Shown in pieces: positions 1-16,834 of a stretch of 64,000 nucleotides of DNA. The translations under genes were made by a program, and so were the position numbers. The DNA is from the human T2T-CHM13v2.0 reference genome, Homo sapiens. The stretch lies in assembly GCF_009914755.1 (NCBI RefSeq), contig NC_060935.1; one strand, given 5' to 3'. The notes below the pieces were generated by a model. The model ran no database searches. It had not been told where the DNA came from and worked only from the letters and a program-made list of their open reading frames with translations. Within the stretch, counting starts at the first letter, position 1. Each line of letters starts with the position of its first letter.

Positions 1-2370
1 ATGGGAGCGAGCGCCTCAGTGTTACTCTTTCTTGTTCAGGATCAGTCAGAAAGCAACACAAGTGTTGGCGACCCCTGTTCTCCCTTCTCCCTCTGTCCAC
101 TGGCCTGCAATGATAAAAGACATGCAGACCAATGGGAAAGGCCCCAAATGCAGTGAGTGGAGAATGGGACAGTCATTTTTCAGGAGCAGAATTTAAAAAT
201 ACAGATGTATAATACATATTTTTACAAGCAAGAAGCTGTTGTTAAGACTTTTTTTTACACTTAGAGTTTATAATTTTGGGGCAGGAAGGAAGTAACTGTA
301 AAAAGAAAAACAAGTGCAAGTTTTCTTTAAAAAAATAATAGGCTGATGGGACTTGCTATCGAAGGGGTTGAGTTTTATGCCCTGGAAAGGGCTGGGAAAA
401 AGCCAGTTTTTCCCAACATGGGTAGAAATTATAAAGCAAAATGTGGCATTTTCACTTCATGGTAGCAGTTCTGAAAGTTTATTTACACAGTAAGTTCCGA
501 GCTAGAAGTGGACAGTCTCCAGTCTTCCTGTCAGACTCTGTAGTTATGGGGTGTTCCCAGTCAGCCAAAGCAGCACCAAGTGCAGTGGGAATGAAGAGAA
601 CCCAGATAAAAAACTGACTCAGTATTCTTGTTTTATTGGTTTATGGCTTGTGGGCAGCTGGCTGAGGCCAGGAACACCAGAGGCCCTCCTTGTATTTCCC
701 TCTCCCTTATCAGGTAATTCCACACTTAGCAGGTCCCATACCTGGAAGCAGCGGGTTGACCAGGTAGGAGTAGGATGCAGTGGGTATACTAGGAAAACCC
801 AGCTCTTCCCACTAACACTGGTACCGTAGTTTACTATGCTAGAACTGATAGGGAGGTAATGAACTTGGTCCCCACTACCTAGCCCAAGAACCAGCCTGGG
901 TACCCACGTACCATTAGGAGCGGGGAGGGGAAGAACAGGATAGGGGAAAAAGATGACCTTCATCAAGGAGCTCTTGTGGTGGAGGACATAAGGAAGCCCT
1001 GAGGCTGCCATCCTTTCTCCAGGCAGCCTTGATACTGAAGGCAGTAATGTTAGAGCCATAAAGCACTGTATTTCTCATACTCTTGGTATAATGCTAGTGC
1101 CACTGTGTGATGCTTTAGTCAAATAAATGGAGGGGCCATTAGAGAGGGTAGGAAGGCAATGAAACCACTCTGAATTATGTAAAGATCTTGCTACTTCTTA
1201 TAGCCTAATAGGAAGAAATCCAGGCAGGGGTTATAGGGCATCAGCTGTTGAATGAATGTTCAACATTATGCTTTTAAGGATTAGATAGAAGAGGTCTCCT
1301 ACCTATTCCTTTTAGCACCTTGGCTGCAAAGCTCCAGAGGAAGATTTGGGGGAAAGAGTGAGCCTATGACCAGGAAGACAGAGCCCAGCCCTGCTATAGT
1401 CCAGTTGCTCTCCCACAGGGCACCTGGAGCTTAGGGGGTTAGGATATTTCAGTGCTGCCTATCATATGTAGAATAAAGGGTGGTTCAGATAGAGACAATG
1501 AAATTAATATGGCAGAAATTCATGTGTTAAGTGGAACTTCTTAGTGGGCACTTCATTTAAGAGAGCTAAAAAAGAGCTCTTTGGCTAGATAAGCCCTTCC
1601 CATCTCACTTTTGGTCAGGCTGCAACCACAGAAAAGAAAACATTGAAAACAACACCCATCTTCTGAGATGGGATGCTATCTTGGAGATGAGGTCTAAAAC
1701 TAGGACTGGTGAGTGGTTGTGTTTCTGCCTTTCCTAGCTTTGATCCCACTATTCCCTGTCTTTGTACTCCCTCTCCTTCTCCTCTTTCCAGCCGCCCCCA
1801 TTTGTATAAATAGTCAATCTAGTTTTTTTTTTTAATTCAAGAGGCAATCTTTGCACCAATGTTAGGCTTGTTTATACAGTCCCTGTCTCTAAAGCAAATA
1901 GCAAACTGTGCATCCTCTCCTACTGACTTTGGCCAGCAGGGAAACAAGCTTGGTCTCTTCTCTGCCAGGGTACCACAGGGACACACGCCAAGGTAACCTG
2001 CGTGTGATGCCAGTACTTCTGAAACTAAGAAAAGAAGAATACTTTGGGTTGGAGAATTTAAAGGAATGGTGGACAAAGGTTCAGGGCTGAAGTTTCAAGC
2101 AGCAGAATTTCCCGACTTAAATTTGAGGTGACCAAGAGTATTCCCGCCAGCAGAGTGCTTCTTTCTTCTCTTTTCTGTTTCCTACAGGTACAGTCCCTGG
2201 AACCCACCTTGCCAGCCTTTTCCTTCTCCATCAAGGCAGAGGCATTTGGTGGGTGGGGAGGGTCCTGAGGTGCTCTGGCCACAGGTGCCATCTGTGTCTC
2301 CTACTTGTGACCAAAGTGAACCACGGAGGTGTGGTCCAGGGGAATCTCTATCTTCTGCCCATGGGCCTCC
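1..2370 (-). other. BACE1: BACE1 3'UTR (part of terminal exon 9; continues beyond the left edge)
   Basis: Directly follows the TGA at 2371-2373. Candidate poly(A) hexamers on the minus strand: ATTAAA 1831-1836, AATAAA 632-637 and 478-483. BACE1 is known to have a long multi-site 3'UTR. Confidence 0.88.
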
Positions 2371-2661
<291 letters not shown>

Positions 2662-3203
2662 TTAACAAAAAGAACTTCCTGATAGTGAGGCCTTGAAATT
2701 AGCCCATGCAGAAGTTATCTAATCTCCTTCCCAGGAGATATTTAGGAGCAGGCTGGGAAGCCAGCACCAGGTAGAGGCCTGTCTCCCTTCCCAAGTCACT
2801 GGGAGCAGCAGCCCTTCCTTGTATACCCAGCTGGTAGGAGTGATAACTAAAAGTCAGTAGTTCTGAGTTGACCAAAAGCCACCCCCTTGACCAAAAGCCA
2901 AATCTAGTAAACTTAACTTTCTGCTGCTGAAATCCAACTGCAAAACCCTGCCACCTTTCTGAAGTAGCATTCAGCCTCACCATGTGGCAGCTGACAGGGT
3001 CACTATAGACTCAGTCTGCTACCCTTGCATCAAGAGCTTCCCAAGGTACCCAGGTAACTCTTGCTGCTCTGGGTTTCCAACAGAGGTTACCAATCCAGGC
3101 AGTGGTCATTATGGCAGGCAGTACAAAAAAAGGACGAGCATTGACACTAGCTTTTGCACAACTGTTGACTTGGGTTTGAGGCAACTGTTACTACCCTCCC
3201 CTA

Positions 3204-3464
<261 letters not shown>

Positions 3465-3671
3465 CTAGGGGTAAGCAATCACAGGGTGAGTGTCTTCCTC
3501 ACTCTCCTTCACCCCATCTCTGCCTTGTAGGCATCTATGCCCTTCCCTTTACCATCCCTGAGCTCTAACGGGTTTTCTGAGACCCCTTTACTGCTGGACA
3601 CTACTCATCTGTTTTGTCTTCCAAGTTCTGGCAAGCCATACCTGCTCACTGTCTCCCAGTGTGTACTTTTA

Positions 3672-4380
<709 letters not shown>

Positions 4381-4420
4381 AGGGGAAGAGTGTTTTAAGA
4401 GCTCTGAGTAGAAGGGTCTA

Positions 4421-4618
<198 letters not shown>

Positions 4619-4714
4619 CTAAGAGGGAAAAGAGAGAGTTAAAAGAGTCAAAAGGTTTTTGATGCTGGGCTCTGGGCAGTAGGGGGTTACTGCTGGGGCC
4701 CCAGCTGGGTTGGC

Positions 4715-4905
4715 ATCTTGGCTTTGGCACCTCCTAAGTGTACCTGCTTGGACAAGTTAACCTCTGTGCCTCAGTTCCTTCATCTCTAAAGTGAGGATAA
4801 AAATAGCACCTACCTCAAAGGGTTATTGTAAGGATTAAATAAATCAGCAATGTAAAGCACTTAGAATCGTGCCCAGCAGAGAGAAGGCACTTGGTAAATG
4901 TTTAT
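4715..4905 (+). mobile_element. MIR SINE (BACE1 intron 5); an opposite-strand MIR lies at ~5365-5570
   Basis: Core ttggacaagttaacctctgtgcctcagttccttcatctctaaagtgaggataa...aggattaaat...gtaaagcacttagaa. Confidence 0.85.
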
Positions 4906-4977
4906 TCTTGTTAATCTTGGGTGGGCAGGTAGTCTCCAAACTTGAAAATAAAAATACCTTGTTTAGTGCTTTTAACT

Positions 4978-5277
4978 TTTCTTTTCTTTTTTTTTTTTTT
5001 TTTTTTTTTTGAGATGGAGTATTAGCTCTGTCACCCAGGCTGGAGTACAGTGGCGTGATCTCGGCTCACTCTAACCTCTGCCTCCTGGATTCAAACCATT
5101 CTTTTGCCTCAGCCTCCCAAGTAGCTGGGACTACAGGTGCCTGCCACCACGCCTGGCTATTTTTAGTAGAGATGGGGTTTCACCATGTTGACCAGGCTGG
5201 TCTCGAATTTCTGACCTCAAATGATCTGCCCCCGCCTTGGCCTCCCAGAGTGCTGGGATTACAGCCACGCCCGGCCG
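4978..5277 (-). mobile_element. Alu, BACE1 intron 5
   Basis: Dimer with long T tail; TSD gcttttaactttt. Confidence 0.95.
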
Positions 5278-5826
5278 CTTTTAACTTTTCTTAGTACATT
5301 TATATCTATTCTAATTTAACATACATAAGAATCTAGGGAAGGAAGACATAAATGATTTAGTTACCTTTTATTGAGTACTGCCAACCACAGAGATAAACAC
5401 TTTACACATTATCTCTGATATTCTGAGAAAGTTGTTTTTACCTGTTTTGCAGATAAGGAAACTGAGACACAGAATAGTAACTGGCCTAAGGGTACATAGC
5501 TAGTACAAATCAGAGCTAGATTCAGATCTGGGTCTTCCTGACTCCAAAGACAAGACTCTTCATTCTATCACCCTGTCTCACAAAAGACTTGCCCAAGGCT
5601 ACGAAGCAAGGCAGTGACTAGAGTCCAGACATCAGAACTAGTTCCATGTTTTTTTTTTCACTACCAGTCCCTAGGCCCCAAACCGCAGATCCTGCTGTGT
5701 GACCATTAAGCCCCTGACTGTTCTAGGCTCAACTTCCAACCCTTTCTGCAGGTCCTATTACCTCTGCCTCATCCTCCCAACATGATAACCAGAGTCTTCC
5801 TTCACATTGTACTGCCTACCCCCTTA

Positions 5827-5991
<165 letters not shown>

Positions 5992-6604
5992 CTAGGGAAA
6001 AAAAGAGGCAGGTACCCGTGTCCTGGCACAGAAGGAGAGTGAGTCCCCCAAGGACCAAGCAATAAGATCAGTGATTTCTTGGGGTGGCAAGGTCTTCTAC
6101 AGGCTACCCTTTTCATCTTCCTGCTTCTAAACAAATCATACCCAAAGTGATTTCTAGTTTCTTAAATGTGTTCAGGAGAAAAGACTTTCCGGGATTTTTA
6201 ATTATTTGTTTCAGAATCATACAGCCCTTGATATAAAGTTATTTAAATCTAAACTGCCACAATAAATGTTGAATGAATGGTTATTTGTTTATATTATAAG
6301 TTTTATTTTCTCTGCTTATTGGAGAACCATTCCCCATTGTTCTAATTAATTAATAAATAGACAAACTTCTTATATCTCTGCCTTCTGACCATCAAACTGA
6401 ATAATTTTAATTCAACAGGTCTTATTTTCATTTCCTTTGAAATTTTCCTAATTGCCTTCCTTTCCAAGTTTACCATAGGTGCCTTGATTCCTTTCTGGAA
6501 TAACGCAAAAAAGAAAAGAATGGAAAAATAAAGTAAGGGTAGGGAATATAAAGAGGTTCCTCCTGATTCTAAGTATCGGAGCCAAAACTGTGGTGTAGCT
6601 TTCA

Positions 6605-6841
<237 letters not shown>

Positions 6842-7023
6842 TCATACGGCCCTAAAGGCAGAGGCCAGCTTCCTGTCTAAACTGGAAGGCAAATTTGAAG
6901 GCTTGGGGGATGCTCCTTGGGAAAGACCATCTTAAGGCACTGAGATTTGGCAGAGGAAGGGTTAGCAGGAGCCCTGGCAATGCAAACAGGACAGTATTGA
7001 TAGGTTCACAGATTCATAGATCT

Positions 7024-7389
<366 letters not shown>

Positions 7390-7405
7390 TAAAGATCTTA
7401 GAGTG

Positions 7406-7780
<375 letters not shown>

Positions 7781-7852
7781 CTAAAATTTAGACTGCCACC
7801 CTATACCCCTGTTAAATAATCCTTTAAACTGATTGTTGCCCTCCTTCTGCTA

Positions 7853-8209
<357 letters not shown>

Positions 8210-8300
8210 TTAAACTTACTCCCAAACACCACCTTATCTCATCTCAGGGGAATCCTAGAGTCTGCTTTCAGGCTGCTCAGCAAAACATCCCTAGACTCAC

Positions 8301-8350
8301 CACCCAGAACAGAGTGTAAAGTGGGCTTGCAGATAGATGAAGGGAACCAT
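8301..8350 (-). CDS. BACE1: BACE1 alternative first coding exon in intron 2 (MVPFIYLQAHFTLCSGW, splices in frame to exon 3; 401-aa product)
   Basis: ATG at 8350, 50 nt to TG|GTGAGT donor; phase 2 matches exon 3; the peptide matches my recollection of annotated short BACE1 isoforms. Confidence 0.75.
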
Positions 8351-8441
8351 TGGTGAGGCTTGCTCTCCTATCTATTGCTCATATTCCTAGATCTTGAGCT
8401 CAGGCCCTGTGAAGAACAAGCCTGGGCTTTGTGCATTGTGC

Positions 8442-8459
8442 CTGCTGCTGCTGCTGCTG
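8442..8459. repeat. (CTG)6 microsatellite
   Basis: ctgctgctgctgctgctg read directly. Confidence 0.95.
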
Positions 8460-9674
8460 CAGGGACAGCTAGTGGGCATCTCTTCCGCCCTCTGGCTCCG
8501 TCAAGCTCCCCGAGAAAAGGAACCATTGACTCTCTTACTGCCTTGGAACCTAGTGGTACCATCCGAGTGGTAGAGAAAGTGCCAGGCAGGGTGAATGTGG
8601 AACCTCTACAGCAAGTTCTAGAGAAGGGGTTTGTTCAAGCATCTCAGAAAAGCAGGTTGGTATTACACACCACTTCTGTGAAACGTGCTCAACATGTGGC
8701 AGCCCCACCTGTGTTTAATCACACCACTAACCAGGGCTTCTGTGTGTGGTGGGGGCAGTGATGGAACTGGAACGAGGAACTGGAGTGAATGCCCTTTCAT
8801 CGATCCTACCTGCACCCTCCTCCCTGACTGCTTCTTTTAGATTGGGACATTAGAGGAAACAGGGAAGGTGCGTTTTGCAGCTGCCTACAAGTCCAAGGAT
8901 AGGATTTAAGCCTCTACTCACGTTTGCACACACTGATGTCTCAGATATTGGTGTCCTCTCATCCCTTCTTCTTCCTGCTTTTATGCTAAGGGGGCTTCCA
9001 GATTACCCCTCACTGCCTCTTATCTTAAAGCCCACTTCAACCCCCCTTTCACCAGTCCCCCACTTTCACCAGTCCTCTTCAACCCCCCTTTCACCAGTAA
9101 GCTGAATCCAACTGGTGGCACCCTGGGTGGTGCATGGAGGAGATATTTCAGCTTTCAGTTCTGATACTGGTCTAGGCAGAGGGGTTTATGAAAGACCCTT
9201 TCCTTCATGTCCTTGGACTATGCAAAGCCACCTAGAGTGGCCCCTGGGTAAGAACACAGCAAGGGGAGCCGTCACTGAGGCCTGTTCAGCTTAGACTTAG
9301 CTGGTGTTAGAGAACTGAGAGACACCGAGGGGATGTGGGGTTTTCGTCTCCCCATTCAGGCAGAGAAAATGGGCCCCCTAAGATTGTTCTGTGAGCTATG
9401 GGCTCTTCTTCCTTTCCCTCCCACAGGAGGCTGCCCTGTCTCAGCACTGAAGCACTTCCTGGCTACCTCTCAATTCACCCTTTCCCATGGTATAGCTCCT
9501 CTCACCACCCACTTCACCCTGTCTCTCCTGGTCACTGTCTTTTTTTCGCCCTTCCCCTTCCCTGGCAAGAAGAAAATCTGAGGATCAACTCTTTCTCTCT
9601 GTACCCCTCCCCTGACCCTTCTTAGCCCTGGATCCTTGGAAAAGGTACTTCCCCCGGGCTCTCCCCAGGACTCA

Positions 9675-9767
<93 letters not shown>

Positions 9768-10316
9768 TCAGAGAAAGGGGAGAGAAAAGACAGTATAGAC
9801 AGGAGGCTTCAGTCACACCACCTTTATTATCCCTCACGCCCCAGCCACAGTCTGCCCCTTAGAATGTCCAGAGTGAAGCTCCACGATGCAGGACTGGTCC
9901 AGGCTGGCACCCGTTACCACCACGACCACAGACAGGACCTGGGGTCCTGTGGTGCTGCAGGGGCCAAAGGAACACTTCCCCTGTGCCCTCTGCAGGTCTG
10001 CTGAAAAACCAACTGAAAAAAGGCAGATTAGTAGAAGAACTAATATGCAAGGGAGTCAAAAAAATATAGGAAGTCAAAGAGATAGCCAGATGGTTGATGA
10101 TTTTATACCATCTTGAGGTTACAGAAAGAATGGGAGCTTGGGCAAGGTGCAGTGGCTTACCCCTGTAATCCCAGCACTATGGGAGGCTGAGGCAGGTGGA
10201 TCACCTGAGGTGAGGAGTTTGAGACCAGCCTGGCCAACAGGACGAAACTCTGTCTCTACTAAAAATACAAAAATTAGCTGGACATGGTGGCACATGCCTG
10301 TAGTCCCAGCTACTCA

Positions 10317-11101
<785 letters not shown>

Positions 11102-11628
11102 TCAAAAAAAAAAAGAAAAGAAAAGAAACGCTGTGTCTGCTTCAGTCTATGGAGTCATAACATTTTGTGCGTCATCTCAGAGCTATGTGGTGTGTGTGCT
11201 GTCTCTGTTCCCATGTCTCTCTACCGTCACATCACCCCTGCTCACTGTGTACCTGACTGATTCTGTCTTCAGGGCCCCCTGCTCCTTTTCAATTCTCCCA
11301 GGAAGCAGTCTGGCTTATCCCCTCCAGCTCAGAGAAGACCTATTCTAGGAGCTGTACTGGTCAGGGGACCTGTGGGGACCAGGATGGCACATCAGTGTCC
11401 ATGCGTGTGGTTCTGTCCCTGCCACCAGAATGTGGCTCCCCTTCTGTCTCACAGGTGACACAGACCTAGGAATCCTACTGTCAGAAATAGTGGGGAGCCA
11501 GGAGCCCCATAAAATGTCCTGGTGAAAACCCATCTTGTCAGGGCCCTGGATTTGGCTAAGTGAAGATGGACAGGTGTCTTGGTGTTCCCTTCTGTCCAGC
11601 TCTTTCTAGCATCACTTCTTTTTTTTGA

Positions 11629-11733
<105 letters not shown>

Positions 11734-14175
11734 TGAGTAGCTGGGATTACAAGTGTGCGCTACCACGCAGGGCTAATTTTTGTATTTTTAGTAGAGACGA
11801 GGTTTCACCACGTTGGCCAGGCTGGTCTCGAACTCCTGACCTCAGGTGATCCACCTGCCTCGGCCTCCCAAAGTGCTGAGGCGTGAGCTACCATGCCCGG
11901 CCTCTAGCATCACTTCTCCTTGGCCCTTTCTTCCTCCTTTGATGGCCTGACCCCACCTTCAGTCAGACCAGAGCCATTTTTTGAAAGTCTACTATATCCT
12001 CACAGGCAAAAAAAGGAAAGGCCCCACCCTCAGAAAAATGGTAATTTGTAAGTTGCATCTCGCCTCTTGCCGACTTTCCATCACCTCAGGTTCTCCTCTG
12101 CCCCAGGGGCCTTCATTTCTGTATCTTCTCTCCTCAGTCCAGTGAAATCAACTGACCTCAGTTTTGGTGCAGGCCCTGACCCTGTCACCTTGAGCAGATC
12201 ACTGTGCTTCTCTGGACTTCAGTTTCGTCCTCTCTGCCAGATCCTCTCTGGCTCCTTCCTGCTCTCCGTGGTGCCTCTGTGGCTGTGCTGACTGTGCCCT
12301 CCCCCAGTGCCTGCTTAGACCTCCTGGCCTCCTCACATCCCCAAAGACTCCTCTGACAATCTCCCGGCCCTCAGACCTTGTCTCCTCCCTCCTTCCCAGC
12401 CCCCCACTCCTGGCCTGGTTTCCATTCCCCTCCCTGCCCCTCTTCCCCTACCTCTACCCGTGGTCTCTCTCCCCGGTCTCTGGGCAGCCACCAGCTCCAG
12501 ATGCTGTGCTTTCAGAGAAAATCAATAGAGCTGGGAGGCTCAGCAGTTCAGATGAAATCAACCAGGTTAATGATTAAGAAGGCTTCTTCACCCACCCTCT
12601 CCCCACGAACCCTCTTCCCCATTCTCAGGACTCAGCTCCCAGCATGGGGGGCTGGCCTCATATTACAGGGCTCCCTGCTATCACTGGACCCCAAAGAAAG
12701 AGGATCTCCTCCACAACAAGTCTCTGTGGCCTGTGCAAGGGAGGGAACATCCGGCAAGTTCTAAGCAAATATGGCTACTGCTTTACACTGGAGTGGAGCT
12801 TTGACCTGGGGGCTCCTGCTGTCCCTGCCCCTCCCTGCCTCCCCCTTCCTCTCCTGCGAGGCAGGAGGGAGCTCTCTGCAGGGTACTCCCACCCCAGCCC
12901 TGAGGCCCTGGGCGCTCTTGCTGTCCTTCCAGCCCCAGCCTTTCCCCCTGCCACCCCAAAGGGGGCCAGGCCGAGCCCAGGAAGGAACGTCCCCCTCCAC
13001 TCCCATCCCTCTCACCCACCCCAATACTACGATTTCAGGTCCCCACTGCTCTCTGCCTCCCCTCTCCACCTTACACACACACACAAAAGAAAACCAGAAT
13101 AAACAGTTGGGCTTCTCTCCCGAGCAAATGTCGACCCGTCTGCCCTCTGCGGTGTGCTCCCGCCCGAGAGAAGTAATTCTGGTCCTGTCCTTCAGCGCTT
13201 CGAATGGGAGCCCTGGCCAGTCCCGGCAGCCTTTTCCCCACCCCTGCTCCATTCCAAGCGGGGGGATGGGGGGGGCTCTTAACAGGACGGGCCCGAGGCA
13301 AGGCTGAGGCACTGCTTGCTCATTATGAAACAGGGCAGTTCAGGGCGGCCTGGGCAGAGGCAGCGGTGGAGGGGCTGCAGCCGCCGAACCCCAGCAGCTG
13401 GGTTCCCCTCTCGGGTCACTGAACCGGGCCAGGGGATGAGACTGCCCTCATCTCCCACAGCCAACCACACCAACCTGCCTGCGGCTGCCCCTTCCAGGCT
13501 CCTCATGAGCTGCCACCTGTGCTGGGGAGTCAAGTCCCTCCTCCCTTCCCAGGCACCCACCTCTTCCTTGGCCCTTTTCCCTCACATAGATACAGCCACC
13601 CCACCCTGGCCCCATCTCCACCAAATCTGAATTCTTCCTGTTGACATTTACAGATGCTCATCTCTTCATTAAAACAAAAACAAAACAAAAAACTTCCTTA
13701 ATCTCACATCCGCCTCCAGTCCCCTCTCTCCTCTCCCTTCACAACCAAAGCGCTCAGCCAGGCTGTCTCCATTTCTTCACCTCCCACGCATTCCTCAACC
13801 CATTCTAAAACTGGGTTTCGCCTCCATTCCTCCACTATAAAACAGCCCTTACTACAGTTACCGGTGACTTCATGTCACCAAACACTGAAGGTGTTTTTCA
13901 AGTCAGCCTTCATCTTCTCAGGTCCTGTGTTCTCTGTCTCCTTGGCAGGCTCCTTTCTCAAGGCTTGAGCTTTGGCCCTCTTCCTCTCTAACGACCCTCT
14001 CCCACTAAGCCATCTACCTAGATCCTGGTGATGTCTAAGCTCCTAACTCCAGCTTTTTCCTCTCCTTTGAGCTCCCGACGCACGCACCCAAGTGCCTCAA
14101 AGATACCTCAAGGGCTGGGTGCAGGGGCTGACACCTGTAATCCCAGCACTTTGGGAGGCCAAGGCGAGAGGATCA

Positions 14176-14556
<381 letters not shown>

Positions 14557-14973
14557 CTAACACCTTCCTCTTCTTCACCTCTCTATCCAGTGCATCAACA
14601 AGTCCTGTCCAATTAAGCTCCTTACAAGTCTCTTGAATGTATTCATTCCTTATTTCTTTTGCTGTCCCTAGGCCAAGCTATCATCAGCTCACCCTGGAAT
14701 ATCACAGTAGTTTCCCAGCTGCTTTTGGCACATCTTCTCTTGACCTGTCCAATCTGTTTTGTGCACTGCAGCCAGAGTGATCTTTTCAAAGTGCAAATTT
14801 GACTGTTAACCCTCCTATGTAAACAGTTTTCCTTTGCTATTAAAAACGTAAAGCTGGCCGGGTGCGGTGGCTCACGCCTGTAATCCCAGCACTTTGGGAG
14901 GCTGAGGCGGTTGGATCACCTGAGGTCAGGAGTTCCAGACCAGCCTGGGCAACATGGTGAAACCCCATCTCTA

Positions 14974-15210
<237 letters not shown>

Positions 15211-15394
15211 TCAGATATCTCAGTTCCCCACACCAGCCATGGTCCCTCTCGCAAAGGCTGTTGTATCAGCTTCACTCTGCCTGGACCATCCTCCTCTCCA
15301 CTTGCAGGTTTATCTACTTATCCCCTACACATCCTGCCATCTGAGCTCAAGGGACTTCCTTAGGGAGAGAGACCAGGTTATATTTTCTTACTTA

Positions 15395-15729
<335 letters not shown>

Positions 15730-16834
15730 TTATACACTGAATCTCACCTCCCCTCATATCGAATTTAAAACTATTAAAATGTCTTTAGTGTTCTACTAAG
15801 GTATCACGGTGCCTAGCAATAATGTTTCTTGAATGAATGAATGGTTGAAGGAAAGAAAAGGTGAAAGAGCTAATCTACCCTGTTTTTTGGGTGGTGGGGG
15901 ATGGAGGGATCTCTCAGTGGCTCCCAAACCATGGGTGTTTTAGGTTATAGGTGTGGCTCTAGCTTAGACCTGCCTTCCTCTCACCTGGCCCCTGGCATGA
16001 CACCTGCCTGTATTTACGCAGCCTGTGATCCGGGAGTCATCGTCTTTGTCCCCTGGGGTCAGGCAGACCCAGGAGACAGATGCCCAGGGAGCTGCAGCCT
16101 GGGGTCAGAACTAGGTCAATGTCAATCATTTAACAAACAAACGTGTCCCTGGGGGCCTCAGAGGGAAGGCAGCTTCATGGGAAGTGCTAACAAGCCCCAC
16201 AGGGAAAGGCACACCTGCCCAGGTTTCACTCTGCATGTTCCCCTGCAGTTCTCAGCAGTAGATCTTGGGTGATGAGGCAGGTATGGAGCTGGCAAGCTTA
16301 GGGTAAGCTCTTTGTTCCCCAAATCCCACCTTTCTTGGCCTCAGCTCTCACCAGCAGACAGCGATAGCTCAGATTCTTCTGGATGAAAAACGCCTTCAAG
16401 GGGCATCTGTTTAGTGGCCTGGAGAGATGGAGACTCTTTCCAATTCTGAACCATCTCTCATTATTAAGAATCCACACCCTTTATTGGTACTACCCCAAGG
16501 TCATAGCACTTTTGCAAAAGCCTCTGGAGTGGGGGCTCTAGCTCCAATTCTTCTTCCTATTCAATAGGAAGTCTATTTTCTTCTGTGTGGGCCTCATGGC
16601 TAAAGAGGGAAGACGCCTATATTCTTGCATAACAAGGCTTTCAGCTAAAGTTGAGATTTAGAAGCCTTCCATTTTACAGAGAAGGAAAGTGAGACCTAGA
16701 GTGAGTAAGCAACTTCACCCATCTTACACATGCCACAAAGCTAGGACAAGAATCCGTTGGTTCTGACCAAGCCTTAAGTGTGGTCTTTCATCTCCTTGAC
16801 CTTCCCGTCTCTCCCATTTGGAGAGGAAGTATGT

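Noticed and set aside
8360-8761. 133-aa plus-strand ORF with poly-Ala
   Set aside because: TTG start; poly-Ala comes from the (CTG)6 repeat; no homology recognised
9918-10020. Possible cryptic BACE1 exon (TTTTTCAG acceptors, GTG|GTAACG donor) around an 8-bp hairpin at 9932-9950
   Set aside because: Weak donor and no independent support; such motifs are common in introns
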